Part shown: positions 25,460 to 37,582 of the stretch, piece by piece
How the letters are laid out: each line of letters begins with the position of its first letter
How positions within the stretch are numbered: position 1 is the first letter of the stretch
Source: Chiloscyllium plagiosum
Lineage: Eukaryota
Length of the DNA: 64,000 nucleotides
Reading direction: 5' to 3'
Assembly (NCBI RefSeq): GCF_004010195.1
Contig: NC_057718.1
Coordinates: forward strand, 34,933,376-34,997,375
Position numbers and translations under genes: made by a program
Notes under the pieces: model-generated
What the model saw: the letters and a program-made list of their open reading frames with translations, nothing else
Database searches by the model: none
Told to the model about the DNA's origin: nothing

Positions 25460-26064
25460 CCACAACTGATCCATGTTTTGAAATCAGGAAAGAAAAGGAG
25501 GGATATTTGGAAGTGCATTCTGTAAAAGTTAGCACTTAAAACATTCTAAACACTTTTGAATATCACCCTAAATGGACAACACCTTTATTCTAAAGCTGAG
25601 GGAAATCTATTTACAGCACTCATTCAAGCCACAGATTGGAGTTCAGTACTCATTGTTAGGATCAGGGCACCACCGGCAACGTCAGCACTTATTGCCCTTC
25701 CCTAGATACCTTAAAGGTGATGTCGCTGTTTGAGACAACTAACCTGACTACTTCGAGTCATTGATTTGTGCAGTATGGAAGCAGACCCTTCAGGCCAACC
25801 TGTCCATACTGACCAGATATGGTAATTAAGATAACAATGACAATCCAGTGGGACTGGAATCAAATATAGGTCAGACTGATTAATGACAGTAGGTTTCCTT
25901 CTCTGATAGATATTAGAGGACCATTGGGACCGTACAATAACCTGACAGCTTCACTTTTACTGACAGCAATTTTTTTTTTGATTTCCAGGTTCTCAGAACA
26001 TGATCCAAATTCTCAAATAGATGTGGTGAGCTTTGAACCCTTAGATTGCTCATTCAGGAACAAA

Positions 26065-26290
26065 AAAACAGAAATTCTTCCATTCGTGCAGCAACTTTCA
26101 CAGCCTCAGGATGTCCCAATGTGCTTTAAGAGCAATGAAGAACAATGCTTGAAGTATAGCTGAATTGTGCACAGCATACTCCCACACGCATCAATGTGAC
26201 AATGGCCAGATAATCTGGTTTTAGTGATGCGACTGAGAGACAACTATTGGCCATGATACCAGTGATAGTTCTTCCATTCTTCTCTTCTTT
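26065..26290 (-). mobile_element. Deu-domain SINE remnant
   Basis: reverse of the Deu body: CAGGATGTCCCAATGTGCTTT..TGTGCACAGCATACTCCCAC..CCAGATAATCTG..TATTGGCCA. Confidence 0.7.
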
Positions 26291-26980
26291 GAACTTGCAA
26301 CATTGGATCTTGGATGTCCACCAAGGAAGGTATAGTCAAAGGTATCTTCTGCCCTCACTGGTAATGTGTTTGGAGGTGGAGAGGAAGTATTTGCACCCTC
26401 AAAATTTACTCTGGGACAGAATGACCCTGCTGCCAATCAATTCCATGAAGATGATAAAGGGCCTCACCTTGTTGCTCCCAGTGTTTGTGGTATTTATGGG
26501 GAGAAGGATGGTTCCACCATTTCTCTTTCCTTCACTGGGTTTGGATCTATTTCATTTATATGGAGCAACCACTGGGTGAGTTTTAACAAGTAAAAGGTCT
26601 TATTCCATATGGCTCCAAGATTTTCTGCATTATCCCCATCCAAGGCTAAAAGACATCAACTGATTTGGTTGGATGTAAAGCAGTTTCCTATATTAATATT
26701 TTCAGAGCCATGCCTTTATACAACAGTTTTAACCCATGCAGGACCACCAGTAAACATGTGCAGACTGCTGGTGGTCTCTTGAGGAGATCCTTTACTCAGA
26801 GTCACTTAGTCCCTAAGACTAAGTCATCATTCTGGTGAGGTGAGGTGGGAGATGTTCATGTGACCCAACTCCCTACCCTTGTCACTGACCAACGTATATC
26901 CTGTTCTCTGTGAACCACAAAATGTAAAAACTCCTCCCTGACCACTTCTGGCGAGGGTCACTCTGCAAACTTGAACCTTT

Positions 26981-27430
26981 AGAATTAGAATTAGGTTCAT
27001 TGTCATGTGTGTTGACATTACAAAAAGAACAGGAGTATGGTAGATAGTGCACAATGTCGCTCACACATGGCACCATCTTGTGGGTGGCACGGTGGCACAG
27101 TGGTTAGCACTGCTGCCTCACAGCGCCAGAGACCCGGGTTCAATTCCCGACTCAGGTGACACATTACAAAAAGAACAGGAGTATGGTAGATAGTGCACAA
27201 TGTTGCTCACACATGGCACCATCTTAGGTACATAGTACCTAAAGACAAATCATAAGTATAAAAAAAAGAGAAAATGAAGAAAAAAAGTTATATTACATTA
27301 TAGATAAACATTGCATAAGTGAAGAAAATAAGATATAAAGCTAAAAATATCGGCGTTAAGGTCTTACTACAATGCCTTCCACGTGGTCTGACCAGTGTCC
27401 ACTGGTTCCCAACTAATAGCCTGCTTCACT
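26981..27430 (-). mobile_element. 3' portion of a putative Rex1-tailed non-autonomous retroposon adjoining the minisatellite
   Basis: minus strand AAGATGGTGCCATGTG...CACATGACAATGAACCTAATTCTAATTCT. Confidence 0.5.
27082..27160 (+). mobile_element. HE1 SINE tRNA head only, flanked by 65-bp direct repeats
   Basis: GGGTGGCACGGTGGCACAGTGG...GGTTCAATTCCCGACTCAGGTGAC; repeats at 27015-27079 and 27161-27225 with one mismatch. Confidence 0.9.
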
Positions 27431-30075
27431 CGGGGCACTGGCCACCCTCACTCCGCTCCAGGCCACTGGCCACCCTCACTCCGCTCCAGGCCACTGGCTG
27501 TCCCCACTCCTCTCCAGGCCACTGCCTGTCCCCGCTCCGCTCCAGGCCTCTGGCTGTCCCTGCTACACTCTGGGCCACTGGCCACCCCCACTCTGCTACA
27601 GGCCACTGGACACCCTCACTCCACTCCAGACGACTGCCTGTCCCCGCTCCACTCCAGGCCACTGCCTGTCTCCACTCACTCCAGGCCACTGCCTGTCCCC
27701 ACTCCACTCCAGGCCACTGCCTGTACCCAGTCCACTCCAGGCAACTGCTGTCCCCACTCCACTCCAGGCCACTGCCTGTCCTCACTCCGCTCCAGGTGAC
27801 TGGCTGTCCTCGCTCCACTCCAGGCCACTGCCTGTCCTCGCTCCACTCCAGGCCACTGCCTGTCCCCACTCTGCTCCAGGCCACTGCCTGTCCCCACTCC
27901 ACTCCAGGTGACTGGCTGTCCCCGCTCCACTCCAGGCCACTGCCTGTCTCCACTCCACTCCAAGCCACTGCCTGTCCCCACTCCACTCCAGGTGACTGCC
28001 TGTCTCCACTCCACTCCAAGCCACTGCCTATCCCCACTCCACTCCAAGCCACTGCCTGTCCCCATTCCACTACAGGTGACTGCCTGTCTCCACTCCAGGC
28101 CACTGCCTGTCCCCACTCCACTCCAGGTGACTGGCTGACCCCACTCACTCCAGGCCACTGCCTGTCCCCGCTCCACTCCAGGCCACTGGCTGTCCCCACT
28201 CCACTCCAGGCCACTGCCTGTCCCCACTCCACTCCAGGTGACTGGCTGTCCCCACTCACTCCAGGCCACTGCCTGTCCCCACTCCACTCCAGGTGACTGC
28301 CTGTCCCCACTCACTCCAAACCACTGCCTGTCCCCACTTCACTCCAGGTGACTGGCTGTCCCCACTTCACTCCAGGCCACTGCCTGTCCCCACTCCACTC
28401 CAGGCCACTGCCTGTCCCAGCTCCACTCCAGGGCACTTGCTGACCCCGCTTGTCTCCAGGCCACTGCCTGTCCCCACTCCAGTCCAGATGACTGCCTGTT
28501 CCCGCGCCACTCCAGGTGACTGGCTGTCCCCACTCCACTCCAGGCCACTGCCTGTCCCCGCTCCACTCCAGGCCACTGCCTGTCCCCACTCCACTCCAGG
28601 TGACTGGCTGTCCCCACTCACTCCAGGCCACTGCCTGTCCCCACTCCACTCCAGGTGACTGGCTGTCCCCACGCACTCCAGGCCACTGCCTGTCCCCACT
28701 CCACTCCAGGTGACTGCCTGTCCCCGCTCCACTCCAGGCCACTGGCTGTCCCCGCTCCACTCCAGGTGACTGCCTGTCCCCACTCCACTCCAGGCCACTG
28801 GCTGTCCCCACTCCACTCCAGGCCACTGCCTGTCCCAGCTCCACTCCAGGCCACTGCCTGTCCCAGCTCCACTCCAGGTGACTGCCTGTCCCCACTCCAC
28901 TCCAGGTGACTGGCTGTCCCACTCGACTCCAGGCCACTGCCTGTCACCACTCACTCCAGGTGACTGGCTGTCCCCGCTCCGCTCCAGGGCACTGCCTGTC
29001 CCCACTCCACTCCAGGCCACTGCCTGTCCCCACTCCACTCCAGGTGACTGCCTGTCCCCTCTCCACTCCAGGCCACTGCCTGTCCCCACTCCACTCCAGG
29101 TGACTGCCTGTCCCCGCTCCACTCCAGGGCACTGCCTGTCCCCACTCCACTCCAGGTGACTGGCTGTCCCACTCGACTCCAGGCCACTGCCTGTCACCAC
29201 TCACTCCAGGTGACTGGCTGTCCCCGCTCCGCTCCAGGGCATTGCCTGTCCCCACTCCACTCCAAGCCACTGCTTGTCCCACTCAAGTCCAGGTGACTGC
29301 CTGTCCCCGCTCCACTCCAGGTGATTGGCTGTCCCCGCTCCGCTCCAGGCCACTGCCTGTCCCCACTCCACTCCAGGCCACTGCCTGTCCCCACTCCACT
29401 CCAGGTGACTGCCTGTCCCCTCTCCACTCCAGGGCACTGCCTGTCCCCACTCCACTCCAGGTGACTGGCTGTCCCCGCTCCGCTCCAGGGCACTGCCTGT
29501 CCCCACTCCACTCCAGGCCACTGCCTGTCCCCACTCCACTCCAGGTGACTGCCTGTCCCCTCTCCACTCCAGGCCACTGCCTGTCCCCACTCCACTCCAG
29601 GTGACTACCTGTCCCCGCTCCACTCCAGGCCACTGCCTGTCCCCACTCCACTCCAGGCCACTGCCTGTCCCCACTCCACTTCAGGTGACTGGCTGTCCCC
29701 GCTCCGCTCCAGGGTACTGGCTGTCCCCACTCCACTCCAGGTGACTGCCTGTCCCCGCTCCACTCCAGGCCACTGCCTGTCCCCGCTCCACTCCAGGCCA
29801 CTTGCTGTCCCCGCTCATCTCCAGGCCACTACCTGTCCCTACTCCACTCCAGGCCACTGCCTGTCCCCACTCCACTCCAGGTGACTGCCTGTCCCTGCTC
29901 CACTCCAGGCCACTGGCTGTCCCCACTCCGCTCCAGAGCACTCGCAACCCCGAGCTCTTCTCCAGCCCACTGCCTGTCCCCACTCTGCTCCAGGCCACTG
30001 GCTGTCCCTGTTCCACTCCAGGCCACTGGCTGCCCCTGTTCCACTCCAGGCCACTGGCTGTCCCCACTCTGCTCA
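27430..30075. repeat. 28-bp C-rich minisatellite (CCAGGCCACTGCCTGTCCCCACTCCACT)n, roughly 95 variant units
   Basis: continuous tandem periodicity; interspersed variants GGCC/GGTG/GGGC and TGCC/TGGC; explains all the repetitive ORFs here. Confidence 0.98.
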
Positions 30076-30537
30076 AGTAACTGTAATAACCAGACAAGTA
30101 GGCAGCCCTCAGAAGAAAAAACACGTCTTGTTTGCTTGGAAAATGCATAATGAAAAATATTAATCCAGTAGATAGCCCTGAGAAAAATTGATTCTCATAT
30201 ATTTTATTCCATCTCATCAAAAATGTGTGGAAGCAAAAAGAAATCTGACAATGGCGAAAAGAAACTAATTTATTAATGTATGTTGTAGAAGAAAAGTTAT
30301 AGTGAGGTGAGAATTACAGTGGAGGTGGATGAGGTAAAGATAAAGGACATTTGTGAAACAGAAATATTTTCTAAGGGAATCCTTCTGCCAGAGGGAAAAA
30401 CGAGGGGGGATCTCTCCACTTTTACAGCAACTTCAGACATCTGTGTCTCCTTCCCACAGGCAAGTGAGTGAAAAATGTATGCAGTACAATTTAAAAGTTT
30501 TGTGTTAAGAGAGATAACAATCCCTATATTCACTCAC

Positions 30538-30768
30538 ATTTCTACCCTCTTCTTGAGGGAAATTAAACTCTGAAGACAAAACAATTGCAGTTTTCCAGCT
30601 TATCGAGGCTATTGGCAATTTACTGTGCTTTGGCTCGAGAAGCTTGAGGAGGTCGTGAGCTACATATTGTTCCAAGATCAAAGTGAAGGCAATTGACCCA
30701 GCAGAGCCAGCACCTGGGGGTATGTTGTAATACTGTACACTGGACCAGGATTCAGCTGCTTGAGTGAC
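30538..30768 (-). other. candidate coding exon (231 nt, phase 0-0), product unknown
   Basis: acceptor CTCATTCCTTAAG, donor GTGAGT, single open frame VTQAAESWSSVQYYNIPPG...FPQEEGRN (77 aa) in non-repetitive DNA. Confidence 0.3.
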
Positions 30769-33559
30769 CTTAAGGAATGAGCTTTCTGTGTGCAATGTTC
30801 TGTTTAATACAAGCACTTCCTATGAATATTTTCAATTACAAGAAAAAAATAAAACAAGGTCAAACAATCAAAATAGTACGAAAAAGCCAAGATCTTTCTT
30901 TTGTCACGTAACAGTTCAGTAAGTGACTAGCATTTCTTTTAATAAAACCAAGATCTAAAAGAAATTGTGATTAGTGCGGAGTGACATTTGCTTTCATAGA
31001 TAAAAAACCTCTAAAGTCTGGATTCTCCAGTTGGATGGGAATTTCCCATTACAGGAGTAAGTCAGAATATTTAGGGAAAGACAGGAATCAATCTCAGTTC
31101 CTGTCTCTGTCTGGTGATGCACATCTGCAATGGTTTATGCTGCAAAAGTGCAATAACAATATGACAACAGCTAGCTTTGTTGTAATACCATTGATGTAAC
31201 AAAGTGTCCCAAAGTACTGCACAAGAGTGTTAATTAAATAAAACTTTGCACCGAGTCATGTAAGGAGATATTAAGAGAGGTGACCTGGTAGTCAAAGACA
31301 TGAGTTTTAAGGAGGGGCTCGCAGGTTAACAGGGTGATAGAGATGTGGGTAGATTTAAGAAGAGAAATACACAATTCCATTCAATTAGATTTTCAATGCT
31401 CTCTCTCCCAGAGTGCCGACGCACAGAGGAATTGCACCTGGCCCACCCTCAAAAGTGAAGGATCCAATGGAGAATGCAAGCCAGAAAATCTGGAGGAAAG
31501 GGCAGAAGTGTTGTTTTAATTAGGAGATTCTAAACGGAGCCACAGCTCCAAGGACAGCTTACTCTCAGGACTTCACTCAAATGCAGTTATCAAAGGCATT
31601 GTTTGTCTTGCAGAGGCCCCAGTATCCATTCAGTTTGAGGACTGAATCTATTCATAACACTTCAATGTTCAATTGCACAAATTGCATTGTCCTATCACTG
31701 CCCCTGGCTACAATGGTAGCTTCTCAGCAAATAACATATCCACTTACCTGGGTGTGGAGTGCGGGCTGTTAACAGCAGGGCATAGTGGGATGGTACCTCT
31801 GCCTCACTAGTTTTTCTAAAGTGAAGGAATGTCAGAAAGTATCACATCATTTAGATGCTGTTCCTTTCCAAACCTTTTAAAATATCCTCCAAACCTCTCA
31901 CCATATCTATGAAACCATATCTATGAACAGTTGGCTCCATTTTATTTATAGCCAATGTAATATTAAAGATACAAAAGTAAAACTCTGTGGCTGCTGGACT
32001 GTGAAATAAAAATAGAAAGTACTAGAGACAGTCAACAGGTCAGGGAGCATCTGATGAAAGAGAAACAGGACTAATATTTCAGGACAATAGGTATCAACCT
32101 GGAATGTTAACAATTTAATGATATTTTTCTTCATGAATTGAAGGAACACAAACATAAATGTAGTTATTTCACAAACCATTTTGTTTCTCAAGCATTATGT
32201 AAATTGTATCAAATATTATTATTTTACTAAATGTGAAATATTACCATTGTGATTTTGTCTTGAGAAGACCCAACTCAGTTAAATAGGATTACTTCAAGTG
32301 TAATTGTTATTTTCAATCACTTCCTACTCCATGCATATAAAAAACATTTAAAAAGAGAAAGCGGCTGCTCTTTTAGAACAAAGGATGCCGCATAGTTGTT
32401 CATACTTTAAACTCAGTTCAAAGTGTTAGTCCAAATACGCAACTGAATTTTCAGGATAAGCAGTTTCAGAAACAAATCAGTCCCTGTTATCTTTAAGCAA
32501 GTTTTAAATATGAGAACGAGAGCTGTAAGAAGCGCATGTGAAAACTTAATTCATTTTCCAGATTGTTCTAGTGACTGACCACAGGGTTTAGCTTACTGAC
32601 CCGAAGTCACAAGGCGTATTGTGTTTAGTTGATTGTGGAATTTACTGTAGATGTTTTTGTTAAGCATTCACATTCAGTTTAATTTTCTTTGGTTATTTTT
32701 AATGCCGAGCCATCTGGTGGGTTTTAGCTTGGAAAGTCCCATAAAGCCCAAGGCAAAGGATACTGGGATTGAGTTCCGCCTCTTTAAAAGCTACAAAGCC
32801 ATTAGTGCATTCCAGCACACCCTTTACAGCCAAACATGTGCTTTCTGAATGGAATAGCTTTGGGCTTCATTCCCTGATAAATGACTTGGCTTTGAAAAGA
32901 TGTTAGGTTTCCTTCCAAGCTCCTTCCAAGAGCAACAGAAAAAAAAACAGTGATTAATCGACAGCAAGATAATATCTCACATCTTGATTCAGTGATGTGA
33001 ACGAAAGCCACTGAACCAGACATGAAGGCATTTTACCCACCCACATGCAACATGTGAACTCGGTCTATTAACTCTGCAGACTTACTCAGACTGCTCCTTT
33101 GGTGTACACAAGCTGCAGCTTTACCCAGTGCAATTCTCACAAAGGAGACTTTTTCTTTGGCTGTAATGTCTCCCTTCTCCTCCAGTTATGAAGTCTAGGC
33201 TTCTTCAGCTCCCCTGCCCCACTTTCTCCTCAGTTGTTTTAATGTCAGTCTTGTTAAGGAATTTTCTCAAGAGTACAGGTGCCTTAATGTATGGATTAGT
33301 GCACATGGAATAACTGTTTGGTTCGCATACATTTGATTCTGTACTACTCAAAACTGAGTTCTGACTCAATTAATAACTGCCTCTCCACTACACCGAAGAG
33401 AATAAGCACATTTTCATATTTTAAAAACTCAGAATTTCTGCAAAAATCTTTTAAAATCAAACTCTTCTCATCAGAAAAATTCTACAAACACATCTGGTTA
33501 TTTCACTTTAAGCAGCACTTTATTTTAACTTAGGGCCTGATTTTCATGTTTTCTTTTTT

Positions 33560-34195
33560 ACGTTGGGCAGACAAAGCGCAGATTGGGTGATCGCTTTGTT
33601 GAACATCTATGTTCTGTCCACAAAAAAGACCCCGAGCTTCCAGTTGCCTGCCACTTCAACACAGTGCTGTGTTCCCTGGCTAACATCTCCGTTTCAGGCT
33701 TGCCGCAGTGCTCCAGCCAAGCTCAGTACAAGCTGGAAGAACAGCACCTCATTTTCTGCTTGGGGACCCTGCGGCCTTCAGGACTCAGTATTGAGTTCAA
33801 TAATTTTAGGACCTGAGCACCTCCTCCCATATCAGTATCCAGCCCTCACGCACACCAGACCTGGTCATCACGTGAGCTGCTACCATGAACAGCTACTCTT
33901 GGTCCCCATTAGCAACTATTGATCCTCCCAGGCTGACCCTTATCCATTTCTTTGTCTGACCCACTGTTTTCTCTCTTCTTTCCATTTCCATCTATTGTTG
34001 ACTCTTCCTCCACCACCCACCCCCTCTTCAAATATACCAACCTTTTTCTTGCTCTCAGCAGTTCTAAAGAAGGGTCACCCACCAAAAAATGTGAACTCTG
34101 CTTTCTATCCACAGATGCAGCCAGACCTGCTGAGTTTCTCCAGCCAAATCTGTTTTTGTTTCAGATTTGCAGCATCTGCAGCTCTTTGGGTTTTT
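33560..34195 (+). mobile_element. Penelope-like element 3' part (GIY-YIG remnant plus terminal repeat)
   Basis: YVGQTKRRLGDRFVEHLCSV..ELPVACHFN..KLEEQHLIFCLGTLRPSGLSIEFNNF; terminal CAGATGCAGCCAGACCTGCTGAG..CAGCATCTGCAG. Confidence 0.9.
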
Positions 34196-35624
34196 TTTGC
34201 TTCATATTTTCATGGTGTTGGGGGTTGGACACATTAGATCACAACAGACATACTAACCCCAATGCTGTGATAAATCACATGATTATGCACCAAACAGCAA
34301 GTTCAGAGCTGATCAGTCAGCATGCATGAGTTTCTTGGCCTATCACAGGTCCTGACTCTGGGTCACAGTGTCACAGCACCCAGGTCGATGTTGACTTGAT
34401 GGGCCAAATGACCTGCTTCAACACTGTAAGCATTCTATTCTATTCGACACAAGTACAAGGTGATTGGAAATTAAATTTGAGGAAATAGCTCTTTTCAGAG
34501 CAAGTTGCTGTGATTTGGAATGCACTATCTTAAAGAGGTGGAAGCAGATTGTATAGTAACATTCAAAAGAGAATTGGATAAATTGAATAGGAATCAAATT
34601 ACTGGTGTTTGGGGAAAAAAAAACCGGGCATAGGCTTATGTTTTATTATTAAAGAATCAGCCACATGGCCCACATATATGCTGTATTCTACGATTCTAAG
34701 GGTGTATAGTTCAAATATTAAGAAAACACTGCCTGTAGTGTATTGAAACTTAGAATAGTCATAAATCAGTCAGGATAGCCGTTCAATGACACTGATGTGA
34801 TAACATATCTTAGCAATATGGTTTGATATACATGCTGATTCTTTTCTTAACTTTAATGAAATAAGGAAATAAATCCCTTACAGATTTTTCATCTTTATTA
34901 TCGTTCATAAAACCTTTATCTATATCTATTTCTGAAACTGTGGCCTTTTTGACAACATATAGTAAGTTTTAATTAATTCCATTCAACTTAAATCTCTCCT
35001 CCCCACCATTCTGCTTAGATTAAAGGTTTGATTTTTAAAACGTTATTTATCACACGAGACCTTATTATTATGTCCCTCAGACATTACCTTAGTGTTAGTT
35101 AGTTGCAAGGCCTCAATATCAGCCTTTTGTCCTCATTATCCAGCTTGTCATCTTTCCTTGGAAATGGTTACCCAAACCCACGCCGGAAGATGCTAAGGTC
35201 AAACTGTTTGCCATTCTCTTCTTTCTGTTAGCAACACTTAGCTGTAAATATTAATATTGCACACATAAAAGAGGTCTTTGGCTTTTTTGGACACAGTCAA
35301 ACTTCTATGTTTGTTTGTTTATTTGATATGTCACTGTACAGAACTGAACTGTGTTTGGGGCAATGTACATATAAAAGGATTTTTTTATGAATAAAGTGTA
35401 TTTTTGAAATTAAAGAAAAGCTTAAAAACCCAGCAATTTGGTTGTTTGAAGCACTTAAGTGCTGGAGTCTATTCCCTGCAATAAAATTTGGATTTAGGTT
35501 TTAGATTAGATTACATTAGATTTTTGTTTTGTTTTTTAAGATTACATTAATAAAAAAATCTAAAAATCTAAATAAATCTAAAAAAAATCTAATCTAGGTT
35601 GTTGCGTAGAAGAATGTAATATCA

Positions 35625-37582
35625 CAAAATTCAAGAGAGTGAGGAGGCAGAGGTGAGTATGGTGGCCATCACCAAGGAGAAGATGCTAGAAAGACTGAAT
35701 GGCCTGAAGGTGGATAAATCACCTGGACCAAATGGACTACACCCAGAGTTCTAAGGAAGACAGCTGAAAAGATAATGGAGGCATTAGTGGTGATCTTGCA
35801 GGAATCATTAGAATCAGGAAGAGTCCCAGAGGACTGGAAAATCACTAATGTGACACCTCTGTTTAAACAGTGAGTAAGGCTAAAGACAGAAAATTACAAA
35901 CCTTGGTCGTGAGTAAATCCTGGAATCTGTTTTGAAGGATAAGATTTTCTGAATACTTGGAAGTGTATGGCGAAATAAGGCAAAGTCGGCATAGTTTCAT
36001 CAAGGGGAGGGCATGCCTGACAAATCTGCCAGAATTCTTCGAGGAAGTGATGAGCAGGTTAGACCAAGGAGAGCCAATGGATATCATCTACCTGGACTTC
36101 AAGAATGCCTTTGACAAGGTGCTGGTCAGAAGGCTATTAAGTAAGATAAGGGCCCATGGTGCCAGAGGCAAGATGCTAGCAAGAATAGAAGCTTGGCTGT
36201 CTGGCAGAAGGCAGAAAGTGGGAATTAAAGGGTCCTTCTCACGATGGCAGCTGGTGACAAATGGTGTTCCGCAAGGCTCAGTGTTGGGACCACACTTTTC
36301 ACTTTATACGTTAACAATCTAGATGAAGGAACTGACAGTATTCTGGCTAAGTTTGCAGATGATACCAAGTTAAGTAAAGAGACAGGTAGCATTGAGGAGG
36401 CAGGGAGGCTGCAAAAGAAGTTGGACAGGTTAGGAGAGTGGGCAAGGATTTGGCAAATGGAGTACAATGTGGGAAAGTGTGAGATCATGTACTTTGTAGG
36501 AAGAATAAAGGCATGGACTATTTTCTAATTGGTGAGGAAATTCAGAGGTCTGAAGTGTAGAGAGACTTGGGAGTTCTAGTCCAGCATTCTCTCAAGGAAA
36601 GCTTGCAGACTGAGTCAGTAGTTCGGAAGGTAAATGCAATGAATGCATTTATTTTGCGAGGATTTGAATATAAAAGCAAAGATGTATTTCTGAGGCTCTA
36701 TATGACTTTAGTCTGACCACATGTGGAGTATTGTGTGCAGTTTTGGGCCTAATTTTCAGGAAGGATGTACTGGCCCTGGAGCAAGTTCAGAGGAGGTTCA
36801 CACAAATGGCCCCAAGAATGAAAAGCTTAATAAATGAGGAACGTTTGAGGACTCTGTGTTTATACTCAATGGAGTTTAGAAGAATGAGGGGGGATCTAAT
36901 TGAAGCTTACAGAATACTGAATGTCCTGGTCAGAGTAGATGTTGGGAAGATGTTTCCATTGGTAGGAGAGACTGGGACCCAAGGACATAGCCTTAGACTA
37001 GAGTAGATTAGATTAGAATACTTACAGTATGGAAACAGGCCCTTCGGCCCAACAAGTCCACACCGCCCCGCCGAAGCGCAACCCACGCATACCCCTACAT
37101 TTACCCCTTACCTAACACTACGGGCAATTTAGCATAACCAATTCACCTGACCTGCACATCTTTGGACTGTGGGAGGAAACCGGAGCACCCGGAGGAAACC
37201 CACGCAGACACGGGGAGAACGTGCAAACTCCACACAGAGAGTCACCTGAGGCGGGAATTGAACCCGGGTCTCTGGCGCAGTGAGGCAGCAGTGTTAACCA
37301 CTGTGCCACCGTGCCACCCACTAAAGGGAAGACATTTTAGAACATAGGTAAGGAGAAACTTGTTCAACCAGAGAGTGGTGAGTCTATGGAATTCATTGCC
37401 ACAGAAGGCTGTGAAGAGGCCAGGTCTTTGAGTATATTTAAGACTGAGAGTATCAAGGGGATCAAAGGTTACAGGGAGAGCATGGGGGAATGGGGTTGAG
37501 AAATGTATCAGCCATGTTTGACTGGCAGAGTGGCATTGTAGGGATGAATGACCTAATTTCTGCTTCTATGTCTTATGGTCTT
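35625..37582 (+). mobile_element. CR1 LINE, 5'-truncated, RT domain to 3' tail, frameshifted
   Basis: KSPGP.GLHP, PEDWKITNVTPLFK, YLDFKNAFDKV, GVPQGSVLGP, KFADDTKL, WQMEYNVGKC, RGDLIEAYRIL; tail TATGTCTTATGGTCTT. Confidence 0.95.
37004..37319 (-). mobile_element. young full-length HE1 SINE nested in the CR1
   Basis: intact A/B boxes, CpGs retained, (AATCT)n tail; imperfect TSD ACTAGAG/ACTAAAG (36997-37003, 37320-37326). Confidence 0.95.

Noticed and set aside
26247..26980. Coding-looking stretch with short ORFs on both strands
   Set aside because: Stops in all frames and no identifiable motif; probably a decayed TE that I cannot assign
27430..30075. CRISPR-like array (28-bp repeat)
   Set aside because: Units are contiguous with no unique spacers, there are no cas genes, and the context is vertebrate
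27319..30220. Long overlapping ORFs (up to 325 aa) on both strands
   Set aside because: By-products of a stop-poor 28-bp tandem repeat; the unit is not a multiple of 3 and the same peptide cycles through all frames
35625..37582. Active reverse transcriptase gene
   Set aside because: Frameshifted, truncated and interrupted by a SINE
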